Shown here: one piece after another, positions 1 to 8,609 of the stretch
How the letters are laid out: each line of letters starts with the position of its first letter
Position numbering within the stretch: the stretch's first letter is position 1
Source of the DNA: an uncultured bacterium
Lineage (GTDB): Bacteria; Vulcanimicrobiota; Xenobia; Xenobiales; Xenobiaceae
Direction of reading: 5' to 3'
NCBI GenBank assembly: GCA_934621605.1
Contig: CAKTUZ010000005.1
Location: 10,862-74,861, forward strand
Length of the DNA: 64,000 nt
Translations under genes and position numbers: made by a program
Notes under the pieces: model-generated
Database searches by the model: none
Seen by the model: the letters and a program-made list of their open reading frames with translations, nothing else
Told to the model about the DNA's origin: nothing

Positions 1-364
1 AAACGCCATGGAAAGTTAGGCTCCACATAATGGAAGCTACGAAGCCTGCTCCCAAGCCGGACAAGGCTCGCCAGACTAAGCCCAGCTCAAAGGAAGAAGA
101 AAAAGCAAAGGCTGCTTGAGTGAGCGCTAAAAGGAGCGTGCACCAAAAGAGCAATTTGCTTGATTTAAAAGCCGAAACTAGCGAAGGGCCAAAAATAAGG
201 CCAGCTACGGTGCCGCCGGTACAAAAAGAAATGAACAGCAGAGCCGTATGGGCCGGAATGGCGAAGCTTTGGCCAATAACGTCAGCCATGGGAGAGATGG
301 CATTGTCGATTGAATTGAAAGCAAAAATTAAAATAAAAGCTAAAACGACAACGACTCTCTCCAT
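1..364 (-). CDS. MFS-type transporter, N-terminal part (gene runs off the left edge)
   Basis: Absent from the ORF track because there is no in-window stop. Reverse-strand ATG at 362-364 follows AGAGG. Translation MERVVVVLAFILIFAFNSIDNAISPMADVIGQSF...ELGLVWRALSGLGAGFVASIMW shows consecutive hydrophobic helices and an MFS-like loop. It lies 25 nt downstream of the ATP-grasp gene on the same strand. Confidence 0.55.
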   Translation of the reverse strand, partial: MERVVVVLAFILIFAFNSIDNAISPMADVIGQSFAIPAHTALLFISFCTGGTVAGLIFGPSLVSAFKSSKLLFWCTLLLALTQAAFAFSSSFELGLVWRALSGLGAGFVASIMWSLTFHGV

Positions 365-389
365 AGTTGCGAACCTCTGATGTGCGAAA

Positions 390-1700
390 TTAGTGCAACT
401 CTTTTAAGGCTCGAGCAGCTAGGGCCAGAGCAGACTCAACATATTCTTCGCTTTCGCCTAAAGCGGCCAGGGCCACGGTGCCATGGGTCGGCGGCGAAGT
501 TATTACCAGTCCGCGTCTGCCTTTCGTTTTGTGCAAAAGGAGCGGTTCCCCTTCATAGGTGAGTGAGCTCAATTTGGTTAGCAATTCGTCTGTATTGGCG
601 GCTGTAGTAGGTAGCGACTCTCTGGAACTTATATGCAAGCTTGACCAATGGGCTCCGAAGAAGTGTCTGGCGACGTCAATTACGTAGCCAAAGCCGTTAT
701 GGCGGAAGTTGCACTCCAAGAAGACGGGTTCAAGTCTGCCTTGGGCATTTCTGGTTAAACCCCAGTCCATATTTAAATAGCCGCGAGCGCCGGCCAAATA
801 GACCGAACGGCCTAAGCGGTCGATGTCGGCCAACAACTTAGACAGAGCTTCGTCGGCTTCTGGGCCTACCACATTGGCCGGATAGTCAAAGCCGCACCAA
901 CCGCCGCGGTTGTCGAAAACTTGACTATCTAGACCCACAAAATGGCAACCTTGATCGTCGATTAAGTTCAGTGAACCGCAGACCGTTTCGAAGTTAATAA
1001 AATGCTCTACCAAGACTCGGCTACCGCCATACCAATCGGATATGGCAGCTTTGAGCTCGGCAGCCGTGCCCGCCAAGTTGCCGGCACCACCAGCCGACTG
1101 AATTTTACGCAACATAAGCCGAGGCTGATTCTGACCGTTTTGCTCGCTCAGCTGGGCTGAGACGGTGTCTATGGTATTTTCCAAAGCGGTTAAACTGTCG
1201 GCACACATACCGGGCGGTACTTGGCAGCCCGCACCTATAGCCAAGGCTTTGCAAAAGTCTTTGCTATTTAGATTATCTATTAAGCCCAAAGCTAAATATT
1301 TGGGATCGGTGCCCTTAACCGGAAGTTCCAGCTGTCGACTCAATTCCATAATGGGCTCTGTCTGAATGTAAGGCTCGACAAACCAACCTTCGCCCTGACA
1401 GCGCTCTTTTATGGCTTGTCTGGCTATATTGTCAGCTCTAATAGCGTCGGTTAAAAGACAGCTCTCGGCCATTTTAACATTGATAACCGTTTGCTCTGGT
1501 GAGCCCAAGTTTAACAAAGAACAAATATATCTCTGAAAAGAGGGTTCTATTTGAGTAGGCGTTACCAAAACGTCTCCGGGATTAAGTGAGCAAAGAAAAC
1601 GCGGAAATACCTTTAAAGTTTTATGCTGAAAAAAATCGGTAAAGCCGCCTTCAGAGCTGGGAATTACATTTTCAGCGTTGGGTAAAAAAAGTTTAGGCAT
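390..1700 (-). CDS. ATP-grasp family ligase (substrate unknown)
   Basis: 436-aa ORF with Gly-rich loop SAGGAGNLAG and the motif FLECNFRHNG (E-x-N-x-R, the ATP-grasp Mg/ATP site). Its ATG overlaps the stop of the upstream radical SAM gene by 8 nt (TATGCCTAA). Confidence 0.6.
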   Translation of the reverse strand: MPKLFLPNAENVIPSSEGGFTDFFQHKTLKVFPRFLCSLNPGDVLVTPTQIEPSFQRYICSLLNLGSPEQTVINVKMAESCLLTDAIRADNIARQAIKERCQGEGWFVEPYIQTEPIMELSRQLELPVKGTDPKYLALGLIDNLNSKDFCKALAIGAGCQVPPGMCADSLTALENTIDTVSAQLSEQNGQNQPRLMLRKIQSAGGAGNLAGTAAELKAAISDWYGGSRVLVEHFINFETVCGSLNLIDDQGCHFVGLDSQVFDNRGGWCGFDYPANVVGPEADEALSKLLADIDRLGRSVYLAGARGYLNMDWGLTRNAQGRLEPVFLECNFRHNGFGYVIDVARHFFGAHWSSLHISSRESLPTTAANTDELLTKLSSLTYEGEPLLLHKTKGRRGLVITSPPTHGTVALAALGESEEYVESALALAARALKELH

Positions 1701-2703
1701 AGAATTTGCCGTCGCAAAGCATATTGCGAGGATATTTTTGTAAATTCAAGCCACGAATGCTCTTTAAAGAGCAAAGCACGAACTGGAAATTGCGTTGCAT
1801 AAGAGCGGTGGCTACTTTATCTACGGAAGCTAAGGCTACCTCGTTCTTTTGAGCAAAGGAAATAGTATCGTCTTGGCCGGGCAAAATTTTACGGCTGGCA
1901 TCAAAATCGTAGCGGGACAAGATTTTATCTAATTCAGCCGGATCTAAAGCTTGACGTACAGCATCCATAATGCCGGGCGAGAAGAGCAAATAAGACCACA
2001 TTACTCGCTTCAAATGGTGCTGCTCTAATAAGTCGAGGAAAGGCAACAGAGCGTCGTCACGGTCGTCAATTTGAGCAATAAAAGGATCGAGGTGAATAGT
2101 TGTTTGACAGCCAGCTTGGCAAATTTCTTCAGCAGCTTCCAAACGAGGTTTTAAAGGCTTTAAGTTTTTCACAAACTTGGCCAAGGGGTTGGGATTGAGC
2201 ATAACCGAAGGACTGAAAGCGGCATTATAGGAGAACTTTTCGCGGCAATTGATAATTAAATCGATAATTTCGCGATTGGGAAGTCCTTTGGTGGTAATAA
2301 TAATACGATTAACTTTAGAAGTACTGAGTATTTTTAATATTTCCAAGCTCAGGCCGTTTTCTACGAACTTGGGCGTAAAAATATCAGTGTAGCGGGAAAG
2401 TTTTAAAATGTTAATATTGCCAGAATTCACTTCTTCGTGAATGCGACGCAGCAATTCTTCTGCAGGGAAAAGTAGAGCCGGATCGTCAAACTTGGCTTGC
2501 AATTCGCCTAAAGTATTGTTGACGGCCACACGGGAGCGAGCATAGCAATAAGGACAGTTATGCTGACAGCCTACCCAAGGCTCCAGATAATGATATTTTC
2601 CATACCAGCATGTTCCTAAGGAACCGGGAGCAAATAAAGTTACTTTTTCTTCCATCTGTACATGTTCTCGTTTATTCAAAAGATATTCTTTGCTTATAAG
2701 CAA
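1693..2703 (-). CDS. Radical SAM protein, SPL/COG1533-like
   Basis: CQHNCPYCYA is a CX3CX2C 4Fe-4S/SAM motif about 45 aa from the N-terminus, and there is no SPASM tail. The start is uncertain: either TTG at 2703 or ATG at 2655 (MEEKVTLF). Neither has a good SD. Confidence 0.7.
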   Translation of the reverse strand: MLISKEYLLNKREHVQMEEKVTLFAPGSLGTCWYGKYHYLEPWVGCQHNCPYCYARSRVAVNNTLGELQAKFDDPALLFPAEELLRRIHEEVNSGNINILKLSRYTDIFTPKFVENGLSLEILKILSTSKVNRIIITTKGLPNREIIDLIINCREKFSYNAAFSPSVMLNPNPLAKFVKNLKPLKPRLEAAEEICQAGCQTTIHLDPFIAQIDDRDDALLPFLDLLEQHHLKRVMWSYLLFSPGIMDAVRQALDPAELDKILSRYDFDASRKILPGQDDTISFAQKNEVALASVDKVATALMQRNFQFVLCSLKSIRGLNLQKYPRNMLCDGKFYA

Positions 2704-2804
2704 AATATGTCGAACCTATCGGGAAAGACAGTGCAGAAGCGGCTTTCTGTACAAAAATAAAGCCGCGCAACCTAAAACAACAGAGGTTATTCCCTCCATT
2801 GTCT

Positions 2805-2843
2805 CACACAAATAAATAAGCCGCAAGCAAAAAGAGCGGCTTA
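2805..2843 (-). terminator. Intrinsic terminator after the methyltransferase gene
   Basis: On the reverse strand, TAAGCCGC-(11 nt)-GCGGCTTA forms an 8-bp stem followed by TTTATTTGTGTG. A second 8-bp hairpin (GCGGCTTT/AAAGCCGC, 2739-2766) follows. Confidence 0.5.
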
Positions 2844-2876
2844 AGAATTGATTATAAGGAAAAATAAAGAACGTCT

Positions 2877-3539
2877 TTAGATTTTTTTCAGCATTATACC
2901 GCCATAGAAGGAACATTTAGGCATAAGCTTGATTAATTTGAAACCGGCGTTTTCTAAGCAGTTCTGCCAATATCTCACTCCGCAGGGGAATTCGTTGAGG
3001 AAGCTGTTCATAACGTCATGCTCTTTAGCTTTCCAGGCTGCACCATAATAGCGAGCAGCTTCTTCTTTTAATTTTTCCCAATTGTCCATTAGTTGCGGAC
3101 GCTCAAATTCGAAGAAAATGCCGTCTTCTATATACAGCAGGGCGCCGCTTTTAAAGGCCGGGCCGATATTTTTAGCAAAGATAGCTTTCTCTGCGTCGGT
3201 CAAGTGATGCAGAGCTTTTCGAGAAAAGCCTTTAGTGAAAATATTAGGCTGAGGCTTGTAGGCAGCAAAAGAACTACAGATAAGTTCGGCATTGGGGCAA
3301 TGGCTCAAATTTTTACCGGTAAGTTCGATTTGTAGTCGGGAGATATCCAAGCCGTATACTTTTTGAGCTCTGGCAGCAGCTAAGCCCAAAAATTCGCCGT
3401 TGCCGCAACCAAAGTCGATCAATATATCCTCGGCGCCGACCTCCAACCAGTTTAAACATTGCCGAAAATAATCGGCCTCTGTAGCGTAGTTTTTGTTGTA
3501 ATAAGCTACATATTCATCGTTTAACCAATTTTCTTCCAT
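2877..3539 (-). CDS. Class I SAM-dependent methyltransferase
   Basis: Motif I ILIDFGCGNGEF followed by VYGLDIS. 220 aa, with a GGAG RBS 12 nt after the GT2 stop. Confidence 0.75.
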   Translation of the reverse strand: MEENWLNDEYVAYYNKNYATEADYFRQCLNWLEVGAEDILIDFGCGNGEFLGLAAARAQKVYGLDISRLQIELTGKNLSHCPNAELICSSFAAYKPQPNIFTKGFSRKALHHLTDAEKAIFAKNIGPAFKSGALLYIEDGIFFEFERPQLMDNWEKLKEEAARYYGAAWKAKEHDVMNSFLNEFPCGVRYWQNCLENAGFKLIKLMPKCSFYGGIMLKKI

Positions 3540-3551
3540 AACGGTGGCTCC

Positions 3552-4301
3552 TTATTTATTTCCGGGAAAAGGAGTATAGGGCACTTTAGTATGCTGAGGA
3601 TGATTTTTCAGCCAATAGAGAGTAAGGGCCCATAAGTGCTTCAGGTAGTTGATAATTTCACCGCCTCCGAATTTGCTTTTGCCTGCCAGGCGATCTTCAA
3701 AAATAAAGGGTACTTCGGTGACGGTTTTATAGTGGCCCTTGATTAAAACTTCCAAGTTGATCTTAAAACCTATGGGGTTGAGTTCGGCTCCCTCAATTAC
3801 TTGGCGGCGCATAAGCATATAACCGCTGGTTACGTCGTTAACTGGACAAATCGGCCAGCCTAGGGCTACAGCCGTTAAGGAAGTAATGCGTCTGTACCAG
3901 GGCCAATTGCGCACTCCACCTCCTTTTATGTAGCGGCTGCCCATAGCTATATCGGCTCCGCCGTCGGTAATGGAATAAACCATATCGGGCAAAATATTAG
4001 GATCGTGGGATAAGTCGGCATCGATTACTCCTAATATCTCACCTTCTCCGGCTTGCCAACCGGCTACAACCGCAGAGGAGAGGCCGAGTTTGCCGCTCCT
4101 TTTAACGACTTTTATTCGTCCTTGATATTTATCGCTGAGCGATTCGGCCAAAGCGGCTGTACCGTCGGGCGAATTGTCATCGACTACGACCAGTTCTCCG
4201 CTAATAGAAGCTCTGTTCAAAGCGCCGAAGACTTTCTCTGCTAAAACCGGCAGAGTCTCTTTTTCATTGTAAGTGGGTACGATCAGCGAAAGTTGAATCA
4301 T
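3552..4301 (-). CDS. GT2 glycosyltransferase, polyprenol-phosphate mannose/glucose synthase-like
   Basis: LSLIVPTYNEKETLP, VVVDDNSPDGT and IDADLSHDP (DxD) are typical of Dpm1/Ppm1-type GT-A enzymes. Confidence 0.75.
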   Translation of the reverse strand: MIQLSLIVPTYNEKETLPVLAEKVFGALNRASISGELVVVDDNSPDGTAALAESLSDKYQGRIKVVKRSGKLGLSSAVVAGWQAGEGEILGVIDADLSHDPNILPDMVYSITDGGADIAMGSRYIKGGGVRNWPWYRRITSLTAVALGWPICPVNDVTSGYMLMRRQVIEGAELNPIGFKINLEVLIKGHYKTVTEVPFIFEDRLAGKSKFGGGEIINYLKHLWALTLYWLKNHPQHTKVPYTPFPGNK

Positions 4302-4303
4302 GA

Positions 4304-4810
4304 CTAGAAACGTATAACCTTTTCCGATTTAAGGCAAATCTCTGCAATTAGATGGGGCGATACTAAATGGCCGACCTTTATTTTGTCGCTCAAGGATAAT
4401 TTTTGAGCCGAATGCTCGCAAATACGCAGAGAGCAGCCGCGCTTTTGCAAAAGTTGTAAGGTAGGCAACAACCGAGAACTTTCGGTACATAGGCGTACCG
4501 CCTCATGCATAAAAATCATAAATCTGGGCAGTTCCGGTAAGTTGTTTAGGCCTACAATAACGTCATGCAAAAGCTCTTCGCCCAAAGTATCGGGAGCGCC
4601 GATGTAAGTTTGGCAAAGAAGAACGGCGCCGTATAATTTGTGAGAATCGGCGTCGGCCAACTGGGAATATTCGGCGAAGGGACGGCCGCTGCGCAGAGCG
4701 CTCAAATAATATTGGAGATCTTTTTCTTCAAAGCGCGGAGGAGTAGTAAGACTCACTTTTCCTTTAACTCTCGAAACTTTTGGGCTGTCCTGACGGCCTT
4801 TCAAGTTCAA
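4304..4810 (-). CDS. Hypothetical protein with DsrE/YedF-like C-terminal domain
   Basis: The C-terminal pattern FMIFMHEAVRLC...LQKRGCSLRICEHSAQKLSL...VGHLVSPHLIAEICLKSEKVI resembles the DsrE-like half of YedF-type proteins. TTG start. The stop lies 2 nt from the GT2 start. Confidence 0.35.
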   Translation of the reverse strand: MNLKGRQDSPKVSRVKGKVSLTTPPRFEEKDLQYYLSALRSGRPFAEYSQLADADSHKLYGAVLLCQTYIGAPDTLGEELLHDVIVGLNNLPELPRFMIFMHEAVRLCTESSRLLPTLQLLQKRGCSLRICEHSAQKLSLSDKIKVGHLVSPHLIAEICLKSEKVIRF

Positions 4811-4994
4811 CAGCCTTTCCCCTTCTGGGCTATCGCTTTTGACTTATGGGCGCTTTGCTTCGGCCCCTTGCGAAGGCCTAAAGGTGGCGGCAGGAATAGA
4901 CGCAATAAACAAGAATGCGCGACCGAATACGGCTCGGCAGAGACATATTTTAGCTGGCGTACTGTCGCGCCCACCGGAAGGTTAGGCTGTCCCC

Positions 4995-6371
4995 ATGAAT
5001 TCATTTACGAGCGCCGAGATCAAAAACAGATTGAGCCGTTTAATCGGCGGTTTTCGTTGGCGCGCTGTGGTTATGGTGGCTGTCATTTATCTATTCTCTT
5101 TCAGTATTGTAGCCGGTTCTGTAATTTGTTTGGCTCGCACCCGAGGTAAAGAAGAACTTTCTTTCGCTTTGGTGCAAAGTGTGAAAGCTTTTGGTTATGC
5201 CGGTACGCGTGAATTTGACACTGCCGTTACGCAAGCCGAGTTTTTGGCTGCCGATTCTTGCCTTGACGCCTACAGGCACAGTCCCAATCTCAAGCAAAGT
5301 TTCGCTTCGCTTTCCGAAGCCGACAAAAAACAACTTAGCGGCGATATGCTTACCGCCTTGGCCAATATTTCTAAGGACGCAGTTGCTGTTGTCGATTCTG
5401 AGGGCGAGGTATGTTTCTTTACAGAGCGTACTGCACCCAAAGAAAAAGGTGGCGGCGCTCCTGCCGAAATCGATTTTGGCAAGGCGGAAAACCATGATAA
5501 GCAAAGCGAGACGGCCGCTAAAAGTGAGACCGATAAAAATTTGGATAAACTTGAGGCTGATTTCTTGGATTCCGTCTTTAAGTTTGGCGAAGCCGGCAAA
5601 GGATGCTTGCGCTTTAGCTCTTCCTCTTCTGCGCCTCTCTATAATGTAGTGGCTGTACCTTTGAATAAGGGAAGTAAAGATGAAAAGAAGAGGGGGGCTT
5701 TGCTTTTAGCTGAGCGGATTGACGATAAAACGTTAGTTAAATGGAGTCAGAATATGCCTCCTGGCCTTTTGGTCTTGGTCTCTCAGGGCAAGTTGGTTTC
5801 AGCTTACGATAAACGCTCTGATTCGCGTCCTACTCCCACTATGGCTGCCGAGTTGGATAAAATGCTCAAATATTGGAGCCCGCGCCAAAATCTTGCCGAA
5901 TCTGGCAAAGGCAGCTCTCAGTTTAAGATTACCAGTTCCGACGTCAAGTTGGCAGGCAAAACTTGGAAAGCGGCTGTAGCCGAGCTGGATAGCAGCAAAA
6001 AACGCGAAGCAGTGGCCTATGTAGTCTTCTTGGCTGATCCTATGAATTTAGATCAAGAAGTGAGCCAACATGTATGGGTTTTAGGTATATGTTTGGCTGT
6101 CACTCTGATTATACAAAGTGTGTTAGTCTATTTCTTGAGTCCGCTCTGTTTGCGCTTTGCCAGAGTCCACTTACAAGCCGGTTCAGCCCATTTAGCTTCT
6201 TTAGAAGCAAAGTCGCGCCAAACTCAAAACCAGGCTGCCTCAGATAACGCCATCGCTAAACCTGCTTCCGTAGTCAATTCTATTGCCGAGGCTGCGCCTG
6301 GAGCCGGAACTGAAGCTTCTGCTAATCCTGTCGCTCCTATTGCTTCTGGTAGTGAAGAAGCCAAAAACTAA
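4995..6371 (+). CDS. Membrane protein with two TM segments flanking a large extracytoplasmic domain (sensor-like, no output domain)
   Basis: TM1 is AVVMVAVIYLFSFSIVAGSVICL and TM2 is VWVLGICLAVTLIIQSVLVYFL. No catalytic motif is recognisable. Confidence 0.5.
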   Translation: MNSFTSAEIKNRLSRLIGGFRWRAVVMVAVIYLFSFSIVAGSVICLARTRGKEELSFALVQSVKAFGYAGTREFDTAVTQAEFLAADSCLDAYRHSPNLKQSFASLSEADKKQLSGDMLTALANISKDAVAVVDSEGEVCFFTERTAPKEKGGGAPAEIDFGKAENHDKQSETAAKSETDKNLDKLEADFLDSVFKFGEAGKGCLRFSSSSSAPLYNVVAVPLNKGSKDEKKRGALLLAERIDDKTLVKWSQNMPPGLLVLVSQGKLVSAYDKRSDSRPTPTMAAELDKMLKYWSPRQNLAESGKGSSQFKITSSDVKLAGKTWKAAVAELDSSKKREAVAYVVFLADPMNLDQEVSQHVWVLGICLAVTLIIQSVLVYFLSPLCLRFARVHLQAGSAHLASLEAKSRQTQNQAASDNAIAKPASVVNSIAEAAPGAGTEASANPVAPIASGSEEAKN

Positions 6372-6395
6372 ATTAATATTTGTATTTACTGCACT

Positions 6396-6428
6396 AAGGC
6401 CAAGGTTTGAGCCCGGCCTTTTTTGTTG
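6396..6428 (+). terminator. Intrinsic terminator
   Basis: AAGGCC...GGCCTT stem followed by TTTTGTT. Confidence 0.6.
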
Positions 6429-6449
6429 AAATAAAAGAAAGCTACTCTT

Positions 6450-7277
6450 ATGAAAAAAACCAAAGTGCGTCTCGATTTGCTTTTGGTAGAGCGAGCCTTG
6501 GCTCCCACTCGAGAAAAAGCTAAATCTCTGTTGATGACCGGTCAAATTTTTGTCAATGGTGTCTGTCGCGACAAAGCTGGTTTTTTGGTCGATGAGGAAT
6601 CGGAAATAACGATCCAGGGGAGGGGTATACCTTTTTCCAGTCGCGGCGGTTTTAAATTGGAGAAAGCTTTACATTCTTTCGAAATATCTCCTCAAGACAA
6701 GATTGTGGCTGATTTGGGCGCTTCTACCGGTGGTTTTACTGATTGCTTGCTTAAAGGCGGAGCAGCTAAAGTTTACGCTGTAGATGTAGGTAAGGGGCTT
6801 TTGGATTATAAACTTACCCAAGACAGTCGCGTAGTGGTTATGGATCGCACCAATGCTCGCTATTTAACTCGCGAGATGTTTGCCGAACCTTTGGATTTGG
6901 TCACTATGGATTTGTCTTTTATCTCTTTGGAGCTTATTTTGCCTGCCGCCAAAGAGCTTTTGGCTGCCGAGGGGCGGATCGTCTGTTTGATTAAGCCTCA
7001 ATTTGAAGCTGGCCCCAAAAATATTAAAGGCGGTGTGGTACGTCGCCCTGAAGTACATGAGCAAGTTCTGACTAATTTTATAGCTTTTTGTCAAAGTATT
7101 GGTTTACTAGTAGAAAAATTGACGTTTTCGCCTATTAAAGGGCCTGCCGGCAATATTGAATTTTTGGCTTGTCTAACGATTGCTGATAGGGAAGAGCGCA
7201 GTTGCAATTCTGAAAACGGCGAATATGCTTGGGATATTAAAGAGTTAGTTTCTCAAGCTTGGCAAGAGGCTAAATAG
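6450..7277 (+). CDS. tlyA: TlyA-family 16S/23S rRNA (cytidine-2'-O)-methyltransferase
   Basis: N-terminal S4-like segment RLDLLLVERALAPTREKAKSLLMTGQIFVNG, plus the FtsJ-like motif DLGASTGGFTDCLLKGGAAKVYAVDVG. Confidence 0.85.
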   Translation: MKKTKVRLDLLLVERALAPTREKAKSLLMTGQIFVNGVCRDKAGFLVDEESEITIQGRGIPFSSRGGFKLEKALHSFEISPQDKIVADLGASTGGFTDCLLKGGAAKVYAVDVGKGLLDYKLTQDSRVVVMDRTNARYLTREMFAEPLDLVTMDLSFISLELILPAAKELLAAEGRIVCLIKPQFEAGPKNIKGGVVRRPEVHEQVLTNFIAFCQSIGLLVEKLTFSPIKGPAGNIEFLACLTIADREERSCNSENGEYAWDIKELVSQAWQEAK

Positions 7278-7319
7278 AAGTAGTCGGCTCCGAGCAATAC
7301 AGACTAAGGAGAAATCAGC

Positions 7320-8495
7320 TTGAGCAAAGAATCGAAGATAGGAGCCTTGTTGGTTCTGATGGTTGTTCTTTTGTTTATTTTCGCTCCCAGCAGCGAAACG
7401 CGGGACAGTCGTATCTTTGCCAATCAATATAGGTTGATTTTTAAGGAGACTCCCGGTCTGGAAGAAAATTACGATGTCAAAATGGCCGGCGTCGACATTG
7501 GCTATGTTAAAGAAATTGATTTTTGCACAGCCGAAGACAAAGAGCGTTTTGGCCGAGATGCCAACATCGCCGTCACTATTGCTACCGATTTTTCCACTTC
7601 CATTCCCGAAGACAGTTCGGCTAGCGTTTTGGAAGTTTCCAGTACTTTATTGTGGTTGGAAATTACTCCCGGAATCTCCGATAAGTTTTTACAAAGCGGC
7701 TCTTGTGTGCGCTTGCGTACTCCGCTTGCTTCTTCGGCTTCTTACGAGTCGGCTTTATTAGGTTCTCCTTTTAAAGATCTAAATAAACAGACTTTGGCTG
7801 TGCGCACTTTAATGACTGCTGAGGGATTTTCTCGCAGCATTTTGGATACGGCTTCTAACTTGCGCTTTTATAGCAATGAATTGCGCATTGCCAGCAAAGA
7901 TTCTCACCGCCAACTGAAACAAATATATTCCAAGCTTGACGAAGAAGAAAAAGCTATCGCCATGCAACTTGATCGTTTAGATACTCAGCTCAGCCAAGCC
8001 GGAGCAAATTTGCAAAAAACTTCGACAGCTTTAAAAGAACAGACGGCCAATCTGGCTGATACCGCTTCCGGCTATGAAGTTAAGCTGGGGCAAATGAGCG
8101 CTTTGGCGGTGAGCGAAACCGAACGCTTTAAAGCTTTAACCGATAATGTCGAAACAAAAATGACCGCCAAATGTTCGCCCGAGCTGTTGGAACGTTTGCA
8201 CAAAGCTTCGCGTAAACTTAAAAATTTTGCTCAGATTGCCGAAGATTTACATTACATGACCCAAGAACCGGCCACTCAGCAAGCTCTCAAAGAGGCCGCT
8301 CATAAATATCGCCTGCAATCTGAGCAAATTGACAAATTAGTGCGTAAAATTGAAAGATTTGTGCCCGGCAGCAGCTCGGGTGACGATAACGCCGCTCCAC
8401 CAAGCATACATGTACCTGTCGAGCCTATGTCCGCCGCGCCGGACGGCTCCTTCCGGGAAGCGCAGCCAGACGTCGCACCTACGCCTACTTTTTGA
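7320..8495 (+). CDS. MlaD/MCE-domain protein with long coiled-coil C-terminus
   Basis: N-terminal TM segment, then an MCE-like stretch YRLIFKETPGLEENYDVKMAGVDIGYVKEI. TTG start 7 nt after AGGAGA. Confidence 0.6.
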   Translation: MSKESKIGALLVLMVVLLFIFAPSSETRDSRIFANQYRLIFKETPGLEENYDVKMAGVDIGYVKEIDFCTAEDKERFGRDANIAVTIATDFSTSIPEDSSASVLEVSSTLLWLEITPGISDKFLQSGSCVRLRTPLASSASYESALLGSPFKDLNKQTLAVRTLMTAEGFSRSILDTASNLRFYSNELRIASKDSHRQLKQIYSKLDEEEKAIAMQLDRLDTQLSQAGANLQKTSTALKEQTANLADTASGYEVKLGQMSALAVSETERFKALTDNVETKMTAKCSPELLERLHKASRKLKNFAQIAEDLHYMTQEPATQQALKEAAHKYRLQSEQIDKLVRKIERFVPGSSSGDDNAAPPSIHVPVEPMSAAPDGSFREAQPDVAPTPTF

Positions 8496-8506
8496 TATAC
8501 TTCCCG

Positions 8507-8540
8507 TGCCCCGTGCCTGAAGGCAGGGGCTTTCTTTATA
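8507..8540 (+). terminator. Intrinsic terminator
   Basis: GCCCC(G)TGCC-TGAA-GGCAGGGGC followed by TTTCTTTAT. An 11-bp inverted repeat (8543-8553 / 8581-8591) probably serves the convergent PTS gene. Confidence 0.65.
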
Positions 8541-8609
8541 TAAGGCCGCTTTAGTCTTGGGGCATCTTGGAGACGCCGAGGCTAAAGCGGCCGTTTGTGA
8601 GAAGCGACT

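Noticed and set aside
120-562. Track ORFs 120..380(+) and 380..562(+).
   Set aside because: They lie antisense to better-supported reverse-strand genes. The first is the MFS N-terminus, which has an RBS and clear TM helices. The second is the 3' end of the ATP-grasp gene. Their translations are low-complexity or basic, so they are shadow ORFs.
2716-2799. 27-aa reverse-strand ORF MEGITSVVLGCAALFLYRKPLLHCLSR, ending 13 nt upstream of the rSAM/ATP-grasp operon. Considered as a possible precursor peptide.
   Set aside because: It has no Shine-Dalgarno, whereas most genes here have strong ones. The sequence is largely made of a terminator-like hairpin (2739-2766). The peptide is hydrophobic rather than leader/core-like. 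This does not meet the evidence standard; it is worth rechecking only if conserved in orthologous loci.
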